NCBI GenBank assembly: GCA_004431415.1
Contig: QPMI01000054.1
Location: 186,001-250,000 of the forward strand
Source: Cyanophora paradoxa CCMP329
Lineage: Eukaryota > Plantae > Glaucophyta
Length of the DNA: 64,000 nt
Reading direction: 5' to 3'
The notes beneath the pieces are model-generated. The model was not told where the DNA came from, did not search any database, and saw only the letters and a program-made list of their open reading frames with translations. Shown piece by piece: positions 38,401 to 49,300 of this stretch (position 1 is its first letter; the number at the start of each line of letters is the position of its first letter). Position numbers and translations under genes: made by a program.

Positions 38401-40398
38401 TCCGGAACGGGGCGAGTCGCGGCTGGACCCTCGAGCTCGTGAGTCACGCCGGGAATCCGAACCTGTCAACGCGGGGCACGCACGTACCTCGCAGGTTCCT
38501 GGGGGCGGGCGGGGGCCCGGGGTCCGTCTCGACCTCCGCCGCAGCGCTGCGGGGATCGAGGTTCGTCGGCGCGCTTTCGGGATCGAATTCCACTGCACTT
38601 GCCTGTACTCCGCATCGCCCGAATGCGGCCCATCGGCGCCGTCGACCCGCACACGCACGCGGAACTGCCACGCAGGGCTCAATGAAGACTCGCGGGCATA
38701 CCTAATTATACAAGCTGATACGTACCCGCTTGCCGAGGGGCAGCTCGAGGAGCGTGTGCCGCGTCTCGGACGCGGCAGCCACCTGCGATATTGATGACTC
38801 AGCTTTTATAGGACGGAAAAAAAGATGGTCAAGAAGCGGCGGGCCTGCTCGCGCCACACATTGGGGTCTCCGGCTACCTTCTCCTGCCACTCGACCGTGT
38901 ACGCTGCTCTCCAGTGGTCAGGCTCAGGGGATGGGAACAAGGTGCGCGGGAAGGGGGTGGGGGGATATTGGGGGGGGGGGGGGGGTGGAAGGGGGGATGG
39001 GGATAGACCGGTGCTCCAGCTGTGCCGGAATTGCCTGTGTGCTGCGTCAGTTTCGACTGGTCTTGGCTCTAAATAATTATAAACAGAGCCGACCTCTCCC
39101 AAGAGACGGTTAGGTTTCGGCCGGAGACATCGACGTGGGGGCGCGGGAGTCGCTCCCGGACGACGTGCTCGCCCACGGCCAGGTCGACCTCGCCCGAGGC
39201 GAACGTGCCCCGGAGCAGGAAGCCTGGTGCCCGTGTTTCATCATCGGGAGCGCGACGGACATGAGAGGGCCTCCACGCACGGTACAGACGGCCGGGGAGG
39301 AGGCCGCGCGGCCCGGCCGGCAAGCGCCGGGTGCAGGAGGGGTTCGGAAGGTGCGAGGCGTCCGAGGCGGTCGCTGACAGGGTTCAGGCGTGACGTGATT
39401 AAGACAGAACGCATGCGACAGGGGGTTACCCGGCTCCCACTGGCCCCGGGGGGCTCTCCCCAGGCAGAGCAGAACCACGCGGCGCGCTGGAGCGCAGCAG
39501 TGAGTGGAAGCTGGGACGGTGAGCTCGGAGGAAGAGGGCGCGCACGGTGCTCGCCGTTCACTCTTACATGCTCCGAAGTCCAGGACACGACCACCTGTAG
39601 CAGAGGTCGGTGAGAGGGGGAAGTAGGCGGCGGGGCGAAGGAGAGGGAGAGAGGCGTGCGGGGTGCGGGGGGGGGGGGGGGGGGGGGGGCGGGGGCGGGG
39701 GCGGGGGCGGGGGGGGGGGGGGGAGCGGGGAGGGAAGGGGTGTAGAAGGTGGTAAGGGAGGCGCGAGGGGCAGCGGCAGAGGACACGGGGTACGAAAGGG
39801 GCGGAGACGGGTAGCGGTTATAATAGGTGCGGGGTACGATAGGTTGGATGTGGGGTGGGGTATGGGAGGGAAGATCGCAGCCCGCCGCCTCGCACCTCGA
39901 GAGAAGATCTGGCGCCCGATGCTTCCGCCATCTCCTCTCTGATCTCCAGCGCAGCGGGGAGCGGCTCGGCTCCCGCGTTGGTCCAGGGCTGGACCTGCTC
40001 GATGCATATGCGGGATCGATCGCAAGTCTCGGACACTGCTGCGATTACGCTCTAGCGCTAGCTAGCGTTCTAGTCCTCCCCACGCGTACGGCTTTCGAGC
40101 GGAGAGCGAGCGGCGCACCTGATTCGGCTTCACGTGCACCTTGCCTGCAGGCGGTGGCCTCGGCAGCGAGCTCTCCGCTCCAGTGCCGGCGGCTGCGCAC
40201 GTAAACGCTGGTCAGCGCCCCGCGACTGGCACGCGTCTGGAAAGGCTCGAGGCTCATAATCATGATCATAATCATGTGCATGATCACAAAGCGCGCGGTC
40301 AAGAGGCGGGCACGTGCACCTGGCGGAGCGGGGACGATTACCCGGGTGCGCTGCGCATCTCTGCCGACGCTCGGGGTCGCCGACTGCTCCGACTGCAT
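32454..40398 (-). CDS. FN3-like repeats + SLOG (LSDAT/TRPM-type) domain + two SLATT/DUF4231 2-TM modules
   Basis: SLOG: RLRQFLTRGLAKVA|ADRRAVVLTEGISTFVGTTLG, LEQHHT|CGIWV, VVLIGGTRFRIEELLYWVRAGLPILVIQGT|GGLADRL. SLATT-1: QDAWSRFAIY..TM..TM..STKFYYLAMSSERIKSELFKYRAGV. SLATT-2: LDPKQYLEFR|VRPKLRRY..TM..LWIAVTTSLAAVFAAWQD..IERLVLSAENVIL. FN3-like: LTVSWE..YTVEWQE..WQFRVRVRVDGADGPHS, GLLPGRLY, IEVEWDAP. Linkage of the FN3 part is inferred from open exons across 37200-38500. Confidence 0.7.
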
Positions 40399-40579
40399 CA
40401 CGATCACGGGAGGCGCTGGCGTGGTCGGCTGGTCTTCTCGCAGCTCTCGCGGGTTCAACTCAGCACCAAGTTCGCGATCCGCATGCGGGGGACAGACCTG
40501 CGGGCGTTGCTCGCGCGCGCGACCCGGAAAAAGATAAACCTCCCCGCCCCGGTCCGAGCCTGGGTCTCCGCGATGCGGG

Positions 40580-41214
40580 ATGGCGCTGACGGACGAGGCG
40601 CCCCAGGCGACCTCACAAGGGTGCGCCATGCTCTGCGCCGCGTTCGCCGCGGCGGCTGCCCGTCGAAGCGCGTCCGCGCAGACAGTCGTTGGTGAGCTCT
40701 TCGTGACGGTCGACGTCGTTGGTGCACGTGGCGGGCCGGGCGTTTGGGCGACGGATCCGGAGGAGCTCGAGGGCGCGGGGCCCGCGCAGGGCCCGGGCCC
40801 CGGCGACGCGCCGGTCCTCCCCGAGGTACGCTTCCACGAGCTCCCGCCCGCGTGCCGCTCTCATGATCAACCACGTCGTCGGCATTCAGCCGGACGGAGC
40901 AGGCGAGCCGCAGCGCGCTGGAGTTGCATGCACGTTCCGCTGAGATCGCTGCGCGCGGGGCGGACTGATGGAGGACGCGCCCCATGGACCCCGCGGCCGG
41001 CCCGCGCGCTGCTCGCGATCGTTCCTCGAGCTCCGCAGCGCGGCGTTCCGATCCGTCCGCGCCGCGATGCGCTCCCTGCGGCGGAGCGATCGGCGCCGCC
41101 AAGCCGCCGCTGCTCAGGGCGAGGGCGAGCCCGCGGCGTCGGCCGCGCGCCGAGGGCCCCGCGGACGACGAGGGGGCCGCGGCGGAGGCGGCGGGGCGCG
41201 AGGAGCAGATCTAG
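40580..41214 (+). CDS. Small multi-exon hypothetical protein, head-to-head with the FN3-SLOG-SLATT gene
   Basis: Plausible exons MALTDEAPQATSQ, TVVGELFVTVDVVGARGGPGVWATDPEELE and AEAAGREEQI* with GT-AG-like boundaries. No family recognised. Confidence 0.35.
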
Positions 41215-41633
41215 AGCGACGACGAGGAGGACGCAGCGGGCCGCCTCATGCAACAGGTCCCTCCGTTCCCTCGGATCGAATACACGACGCGCACGTTACA
41301 TGCAACCGCCACATGCTGAGATCGGATCTCAGCGGGCCCGCAGACATGCGCATGCACTCCCTCTCTGCTCGTGGTACGAAGCCCTCGCGCGGCGCCCCTC
41401 AGCCTGGCAGAGTCCGACCCCTCCGCCGGTGCTCTCATTATACGATTTGCAAATTCAAGTGATCAAATGTGCATTTCTTTTAGCCTCATCGAGAAGCTAC
41501 GTACACGACGTTACACAAGTGACCGCAAGCTTAAGCCAGGGTTCGAAAGGGGCAGAATTTAAACCTAGCTTAAGCGCTTTGATCTGCATGCGCATGCATG
41601 CACTGCGCGGAGGGTGTCACAGTGTGCAATCAT

Positions 41634-41790
41634 GAATGTGCACCGCCGGATTGAGACTGCGTTCATGGATAGTCCGGCAGTCTCACCTAGACGGCACTAG
41701 ACGCTCTTGGGGGAGTTACGTGCGCCTGTCAGAGCACGGTTCCGGGTTGTGGGCCCGGGACCGCTCCGGGCGTATAGCGAGCCCCCAAAT
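41634..41790 (-). ncRNA. Box H/ACA snoRNA, copy 1 (3' pocket guides the LSU A-loop uridine, i.e. the yeast snR10 / human SNORA21 site)
   Basis: The minus strand folds as hairpin - AGAGCG (H-like box, 41702-41707) - hairpin - ACA (41637-41639) + 3 nt. The 3' pocket GGUG / CAAUCCG pairs with rRNA GGAUUG-U-U-CACC. The 5' pocket UCGCUAU / ACGU pairs with GCGU-U-C-AUAGCGA. Each pocket is 14 nt from its box. Confidence 0.85.
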
Positions 41791-41873
41791 AGAATTAGAA
41801 AGCGACGGAAACGAACGCCAATTTGATGGGGGCGGGGCAGCCTGGCAGATGGGACTATAGCGGGATCGGGATC

Positions 41874-42030
41874 GAATGTGCACCGCCGGATTGAGACTGC
41901 GTTCATGGATAGTCCGGCAGTCTCACCTAGACGGCACTAGACGCTCTTGGGGGAGTTACGTGCGCCTGTCAGAGCACGGTTCCGGGTTGTGGGCCCGGGA
42001 CCGCTCCGGGCGTATAGCGAGCCCCCAAAT
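41874..42030 (-). ncRNA. Box H/ACA snoRNA, copy 2
   Basis: Identical to copy 1 at a 240-bp period. Differences between repeat units fall in the 83-nt spacer. Confidence 0.85.
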
Positions 42031-42113
42031 AGAATTAGAAAGCGACGGAAACGAACGCCAAATTGATGAGGGCGGGGCAGCCTGGAGGATGGGACTATAG
42101 CGAGATCGAGATC

Positions 42114-42270
42114 GAATGTGCACCGCCGGATTGAGACTGCGTTCATGGATAGTCCGGCAGTCTCACCTAGACGGCACTAGGCGCTCTTGGGGGAGTTACG
42201 TGCGCCTGTCAGAGCACGGTTCCGGGTTGTGGGCCCGGGACCGCTCTGGGCGTATAGCGAGCCCCCAAAT
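42114..42270 (-). ncRNA. Box H/ACA snoRNA, copy 3
   Basis: Two substitutions versus copy 1: one in the hinge (42181) and one at 42247 that converts a G-U into an A-U pair in the 5' hairpin. Similarity stops essentially at the predicted RNA 5' end. Confidence 0.85.
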
Positions 42271-42493
42271 CGAATACGAGAAACGAAAATGGCGGTGGCG
42301 CAGGCGGAAAGGGGCGGCTTCGTGAGGTTCAGCGACGGGAGGCGGCGGGGGCGGGGGCGGCGAGTGGCGGCGCGCGATGAGAAGGGCATACAACGTATCT
42401 GCACTGATCAGCAAAAGCACGCAAACCTATGCTAGCCTGGGAATGTACACGCTAGGGGAGAGGAGGAGGAAAGGGAGAGAGCTAGGGGAGCGC

Positions 42494-42803
42494 CTAGTAC
42501 TCCTGGGCGGGAAGCTGTGTTGGCAGAATGCCGAACCGCTTCTTGCAGATGATCCTATGCCGCGAGAACTTGTCGTCCGGCGAGAACCGCGCTGCGAGGG
42601 AATGGCTCGGCGATGGTCGCGGCGGCGCAGGCTAGATGATCTACGTGATCGGCAAACACTCACCGGGATGAGCGGACCGCGACGCATTGCCGCAGTCGTG
42701 TGCTTTCTGCGGAAGCGTTGGCGAAGTTCGCGATGGATCGCGGATGGGGGCGGGGCACCTTCAGCGTGTACTTCGAGCAGTGGTCGCAGTACATGAGATG
42801 CAT
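42494..42803 (-). CDS. NOP10: H/ACA ribonucleoprotein subunit Nop10, 61 aa, 3 exons (42803-42759, 42706-42664, 42591-42494)
   Basis: Splicing two GT-AG introns gives [77 protein letters not shown] and KKRFG are diagnostic of Nop10. Confidence 0.97.
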
Positions 42804-43312
42804 TTTCGCGGAGCTTCACTCCCTGCGGGGCGCCGATCGCGCGGATTAGTCGCCATCGCCGCGCGAGCGATCGGGGGCCCCAAGGCGACGGAGCTGGCGA
42901 GCTAGCAATTCCACAGCCGCCCTTGGGCGACCAGAACACACGGGAAGAGGCGCTGTGGCGCAGTTCGGCGCACCTGCGTTTCCGGGGTACAAACTGACCA
43001 GCTTCTATTGCGCGTACCCCTGTAACGAGCCTGGCACAGCCTCGCGAAACCGGCTTCGCCAGCAATGAGACGCAGAGAAATAGCTTCAGGGGCGCGTTCA
43101 GCGCAGGATTGAGCCTCTGCACGCCGCCCCGCTCGGTCCCGCCGACGTTGAACCTCCGTCCCAGTTCCTCTCCACGGCAGCACCCCAGCTAGCGCCGCCG
43201 AGCTTAGCTAAGTCCGGATTGTAGGTCAGCGCAGCTGACGGCGGCCTGCGGCTGGCGGATCCTGTCCCTCCGATCATCCGTTCGACACGGCTAAAGCAGG
43301 AGGCCCGCAGCC

Positions 43313-46300
43313 ATGACGGAGCAGAGGCCACACTCGACCTCACACTCGAGGCCAGGATCCCGCGTTCATTCGAGGAGAGAGAGCACGGCCGAGTCGGCTG
43401 CAGACGATGCGGCGCCGCCGGCGTCGACGCCCGCGCCGCGGCTGCCCCAGACGCAGTCGGCATCCAGCGGCGCCCAAGGGCATGCAGTGGGATCGAGGCC
43501 ACGCGCTCGGGTCAGCACCGTGGGCCTCTCGCTCTCTCTGGAGCCCAGGTCCGCCCGCCCGCCGCCGCGGCCCTCCGCCCCCCGGAGCGTCGCCGCCGCC
43601 CGAACGAACGCCGCCGCAGCACGATGGCGGGGATCGAGCAGCTCCGCGCGTGCGACTTCAGGCTGTACGACCCGCGGCGGCCCGACCCCTTCCGCGACCT
43701 CCAAGTCGACCCGGCGACGTGCGCGTGCATGCGGATCGAATCTCCGGCCCGCGGCGCCCCGGCCGCTGACCGTGAGCCGGGCGCAGGGACTCGGACAGCG
43801 ACTCGGAGGGGGGCCACCTGCCCGCCGAGGAGAAGGAGCCGTACCCCCAGGAGGCCTCGTTCGGCTCCATACCCCAGCCGGAGCTGGCGGCGGTGGCGGG
43901 GGCGGGGGCGGGGAGCGTGCCCGAGATCTCGCCGCAGGGCTCGGCGGAGGAGATCGGGCGGCAGGGCTCGCGCGTGCGCATCAGCGCGGCGAGCCTCCCG
44001 CCCATCGACGACGCCCTCCCCCGGGGCGCCCTCACCGACCGCGGCCCCCGCCGCCCCGAGGGCGAGCCGCCGCCCGCCGTCCCCGCCCCGCCCCTCACCG
44101 CCCGCCCCGCCGCCGCCAGCCACCCCGCATCCGCGCCCTCAACCAGTCCTCCTCCGAGGCCCTCCACCAGGTCCCGCCGTACCCCCACCCCGCCGGCCAG
44201 CCGCGTACCCCCCTCCGACGATCCCGCCCTCCGCTCTGCAGGCCTCCACCGATTCCCTCGCCTCTTCCGCCGCGGGCCCCGTCGGTTGGCGCCGCGTTTT
44301 CGCTCCCCGCGTTCGCATCTCACCCCGTACCCCTCTCCGCAGAGGAGCAGTTCCCGCCGGGTGACGACCCCCGGGCCGCCTTCTTCCGAATCTTCCAGAA
44401 CCACCGGAAGGGCGCGCGCCGTGTACCCCCCTCCCCGCCGGCGTCGCTGAGGTACCCCCCAGAGTCCACGAGCCAGCTTCCCCGGAACCCGACCTCGCGG
44501 CACGTCTTCCTCCAGTCGACCGACGCCAACTTCCTCCGTGCGCGTACCCCTTTCCTGCCCCCACCCCGCGCCCCCAACGCCCCCGCCAGTGCCGCTGCCG
44601 TCGGTGGTGCCGCGGGACGAGCACGGGGGCCGGATCCGGCTGAGCCACTTCGGCCTCGGCTCCCGCTACGGCGTCGCCGTCGCCGACTCCATCAAGGTAC
44701 CCCCCCTCCCCCTCCCCCTCCCCTCCTTCGCGGGAAAGCTCAGCTTAGCGGGGGGCAGGTGCACCCGACGGCGGCGGTGCTGGAGATGCGGGCGAACCGC
44801 CTCACCTCGGGCCCCGCCATCGCCCTCGCCCACACCATCAGAGTCAACGCCCACGCGCGCACTATGCCTCCCCCCTTCTCGCCCCTGCCTCCTCCCCCTG
44901 ACTGCTCCCCAGATCACGTCGCTGGACCTGTCGGCGAACCGGATCGGGCGGGAGGGCGGCGTGGCGGTCGCCGACTGCCTCCGCGGCGCCTGCTCCCTCA
45001 CCCACCTCGACCTCGGTGCCCCCTCTCCCGCTCTCTCCCTTCGTTCTGTTCTGAGGCCGCGTGCGCAGGGGGCAACAAGCTGGGGGACGGGGTGTGCAGG
45101 GAGGTCTGCCAGGCCCTCATCGGCAACGACTCGGTGCTCTCCCTTAGCCTCGCCGACAACGACATGGCCCACCTCGGGTCCGCTTTCGCCACGCCACGCC
45201 CGCTCCGCCCCGCACGGCACCGAGCCTTACGCGCTCTTCGCAGGGCCGCCGAGCTGGCCAAGGTCCTCATGGCGAACAAGGTAGCCGGCTACCCAGCTCG
45301 CCGCGAGGGGCGGCCCGCTCGGGGGCGCTGCTCACCCACGCCCGGCCGGCGAGCAGACGCTGCGGGAGCTGGACATCAGCTGGAACCACCTCCACGGCGC
45401 CCGCGCCGTCCTCTTCGGGAAGTGCGCCCGCGCCCCGCCGCGCCGGCAGAGCCTCCCCGCCTCCCGCCGCGCGGGGTGCTCAGGGGGCGGTGCAGGGCGC
45501 TGGCGCACAACGGGACGCTGGAGGAGCTGCGGATGGCGTGGAACGGCCTCGGCGACGACGGCGGCATCGAGATCGCGCAGGGCCTCCGCGCCAACACCGT
45601 ACGTCCGCCCCGCCCGCCGGCGGCGATGCAGGGCCGGCCGCTGAGGGGGGCGGGCGGGGGCAGGGCCTGGTGACGGTGGACCTCTCTGCCAACGGCCTCA
45701 CCGAGCGCCCGGCGCGCGCCCCCGCCCCCGCCCCCGCGGACGAGGGCGCCAGCTGACGGGCGGGGCGGGGCAGTGCATTGTCCTGGGGGCGGCCCTCAAC
45801 GAGAACAAGACCCTCAAGGAGGCCCGCCCGCCCGCCCCGCCCCGCCCCGCCCCGCCCCGCCCCGATCTGGAGCCCTGACGCCGGCCGGGGCAGGTGCGGC
45901 TGGGGATGAACCCGGTGGGCCAGAAGGGCGGCCGCGCCCTCGTCCGCGCCATGAGCAACGCGTCCGCCCCGCCCCGCCCGCCCCTCCCCGCCCCCTCCGC
46001 CCTGGAGACCGAGGCGCCGGGTCCGGGCAGGTGGCGGCGGCGGACTGCGGAGGAGGCGGACGCGGAGGAGCCGGAGGAGGAGGAGGAGGCGCCCGTCCCC
46101 GTGCGCCCTCCTCCCCGCAGCTCGCGCCCTTCCTTCCTTAGGCGCGCAGGCGGGGATGGCGGCGCAGGCGGAGCGCAAGATCGACCTCGCTCGCTGCAAC
46201 TTCGAATGCGCGCCCGCCCCGGCCCCGCCTTGGCCCTCCGCCCAGCCTAGAGCCACCCCTCACCTGGGCGCAGGCACGACGGAGACGGGGACGAACCGCT

Positions 46301-49300
46301 ACTTCGACTTCTCGGAGCCCTCCGGCCGCTACAGCCTCGACGTCGTGCGCCCGCCCTGAAGCCCCCGAAGCTCCCGCCTGACGGCCGCCGCAGGGGCGCC
46401 CGTACGACCGTGTGGTCGCCATGGAGCTCATGCGCCTCGCCCTCGACGAGGCCCGCCCCGCCCCGCCCTCCCCGCCCGCCGGGGCCCGCGCGGCCTGACC
46501 CGCCGGCGCCGGCGGCGCAGGGCGCGGAGTGCTGGAAGAACGCGCGCTTCAACGGGCGACCGTTCCCCCTGCCCGAGCCCCACGCCCTCGCCTACGCCCT
46601 CCCCGACGCCGGCACCCTCGAGGTCCCACCCCGTACCCCCCGCCGCTTCCACCCCCCCTCGCCCCACGGGGACCGACGCGCGCGCAGGTGGAGTACGTGC
46701 ACCTGCGGGTGCAGGCGGACGGCCTGGGGTACCTCTCCAAGCGCGCCTTCGAGGTCCGCTCAAGATAGAGGCGGGAACAGACAAGGGCGCGGCGTCGCTG
46801 ACCGCCTGCTGGCAGGTCTTCACTCGCTCCGTCCAGGGCGACGCCAAGGCACGCGCCCCTTCGAAAAATTCCTCCATCCCCCTCCCTCCGTCTGACCCCG
46901 TACCCCTCTCGCAGGGCCTGGCGGCGCTGACGAAGATCGCGTCCCACGACGTCTACTTCACCACCCAGCAGGCGGGCGTACCCCCCGCCCTCAGCTCCCA
47001 CCTCTGACCCCCCTTCAGATCGCGGGGGTGCTGGCGCGCATCGGGGACTCCACGCTGCGAGGTGCCCCGGGGCGCGAGCGAGGGGCGAAGCCTAGCCAAA
47101 CCTAGCCTAACCCGGGCCCTCCCCCGCGGCCCCCGCGGCCCCCGCCGCCGCGCCGCCTCACCCCCTCCCCGCAGTGCAGGCGATGGCGCACGTCTTCTCG
47201 CGCATCCTCGACTTCGAGAACCTCCACGGGTCCGCGGGGCAGGGCCGGGGCCCGCCCCGCCTCCGCCGACCACGGCTCGCGCCGGCCAGGCTGGTGGTGT
47301 CGATGCCGGAGCACGAGGCGCGCGCCGTGCGGCACCTCATCGGCCAGCTCTACTACTTCAACCCCCGGCGCGCCCCCACCCCTCCCCCTCTTGTCGTTCC
47401 GCCCGGCGCTGAGCGGGGCGCGCGGGCAGGAACCCGACGGGACACTACAAGCTCTCCCTCGAGAACCCCTTCGACCGCCGCATCGCCCTCCAGGCGCCCC
47501 TCCCTTCGGCCTCGGCCTCGCCCTCGGCTGAGGGGGCCGGCGGGGCGGGGGCGCAGCTGCAGGAGATGGGGAACAAGGAGAAGCTGGTGCGCAAGAACTT
47601 CGCCGACACGTCGCGGGACGGCCGCCGCGAGACCTGGCGCAACGAGGCCCTCAACGGTTCGTCTGAGGCTCCTCCTCCACGTCCCCCTCCTTTCCCCTCC
47701 CAACATCTCTCCAGGGTACCCCTTCCAGTACAAGCCCTCGTACGAGATCCCCCAGAACGGCGTCCTCGAGTGCGCGCGTACCCCGGCCCCGGCCCGCCCG
47801 GACTCTTTCCGAGTCGTTCCCCCAGGCTGGACTACGTCTGCACGGCGCCCGTGCCGACGACGGCGAGGCCGATGGCCGACGAAGCGTTCGAGAAGGTGCC
47901 CCGTCCCGACTCGAACCCGCGCTCGTTTGCCTCCGAGGCCGCCCCGCGGGGCGCAGCTGCTGGAGCAGGAGCTGAGGCTGGGCAAGGGGATCGTGGCGAG
48001 CCTCCTCGGCGTCCAGCGTGCGCCTCTTCTTCTTTCTTCCCCGGCGCCCGGCGCCCCGCCCTCAGCTTTCCCCGCAGCGATCGACGAGCTGGGGCTGGCG
48101 TCCGCCCCCTCCGGGGGCCCGCTGAAGACGGCGGGGAGCGGGGGATCCAAGGGCGCCCCCGCCGCCAAGGCCCGCAAGCCGCCCCCCGGCGCGGTCGACC
48201 TCGAGGCCGTCAAGGCGCGCCCCCGTATCCCCCTGAACCGCTTCCTTCCCCGAGTCGAGGCGTACCCCGCAGGAGGGCCTGGAGTCGAAGGCGCGGGCGC
48301 CGCGGAGCAATTCTATGCTGCAGCGGAGCGGGTCGATGGAGCGGGGCGGGGGCGGGGAGCGGCCGGCGCCCCCGCGGAGCGGGTCGCTGGTCCCGTCGCC
48401 CAAGAGCCCCTCGCTGGGGAACACAGCGCCCTCCTCCCGCCGCTCCTCCCTCAACGCCGCCTCCACCGTCGGGGTGCTCGCAGCCTCGCTCCTCTTCCCG
48501 TACCCCCCTGAAGCCTCCGCTCGCTCGCAGCCGACGCACAACGTGGCGGCCTTCGCGCCGCCGCCGCCGGCGCAGCCGCTCATGGCGGGCGACGTCACGA
48601 GCCCGCGGCCCCCGCTGGGAAGTGCGCGGGGCCCCTCCCCCTCGCCCTTCTCCGCCCCCTGCCCCCGCCTCTAACGCCGGGCAGCGCACCGGGGCTCGAT
48701 CAAGCGGGCCGGCTCGATCAAGCGAACGGGCTCCATGCGCCGCCGCGAGGCGCGCCCCGGCCCCGCCCCGCCCCGCCCCCGCTCGACGCCGCCCTCGGTC
48801 TCACGCCCCGGCCCTGCGCCCCCCCCTCAGGTGCTGGAGGCGGGGTCGCGGCTGAGGATCCTGCGGCTGCGCACCGTGCAGGAGTACTACTCCTGCGCCC
48901 AGGCCCGCCCCGCCCCGCCCGCCCCCTCTCTCTCTCTTTTCCGTCCTGAGCCGCCTCTCCCTCTCCGGCAGGTCCGCCGCGTCGCCGAGTCCTTCACCGA
49001 CCACGCCCACCGCGTGCGCCCCACTTCCCCCACGCCCCCGCCTCCCCATCTGATCCGGGCGCAGGTGGAGGCGGCGGTGACGCTCTTCGCGCGGACGACC
49101 GACCCCGAGTTCTACTGGACCGACGTCGTCCAGGTCCCACCCCCCGCCCCGCCCTCTCGGCTCTAAGATGTCTAGCGCCGCCGTCCTTAAGCTTCCCGCC
49201 CTCACCCGCCCCGCTCGGGGGTACAGGCGACGCTGGACCGGGAGCACCTGAGGCGCTGCATGAACCGCCTCGGCTGGCTCAACGTCTGGAACCCCGTCTT

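Noticed and set aside
41529-41577. Imperfect inverted repeat GCTTAAGCCAGGGTT...AAACCTAGCTTAAGC as a MITE or terminator
   Set aside because: It is short, partly made of a palindromic motif common in this genome, and has no second copy in the window.
41634-42270. CRISPR-like array or Fanzor/OMEGA guide array
   Set aside because: The spacers are near-identical rather than unique, the unit is 240 bp, and I found no Cas, TnpB/Fanzor or transposase motifs in the window. The H/ACA model explains the repeat.
41636-42325. Three repeated ~70-aa ORFs (MCTAGLRLRSWIVRQ...) and their antisense ORFs
   Set aside because: Conservation tracks the RNA structure, boxes and rRNA complementarity and stops at the RNA ends. 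The ORFs are by-products of the snoRNA repeat.
42427-43122. 231-aa minus-strand ORF; also considered as an RNase P/MRP, U17/snR30 or telomerase RNA locus
   Set aside because: The region is explained by spliced NOP10 in other frames. The RNA motif resemblances were partial or on inconsistent strands, and no telomeric template was found.
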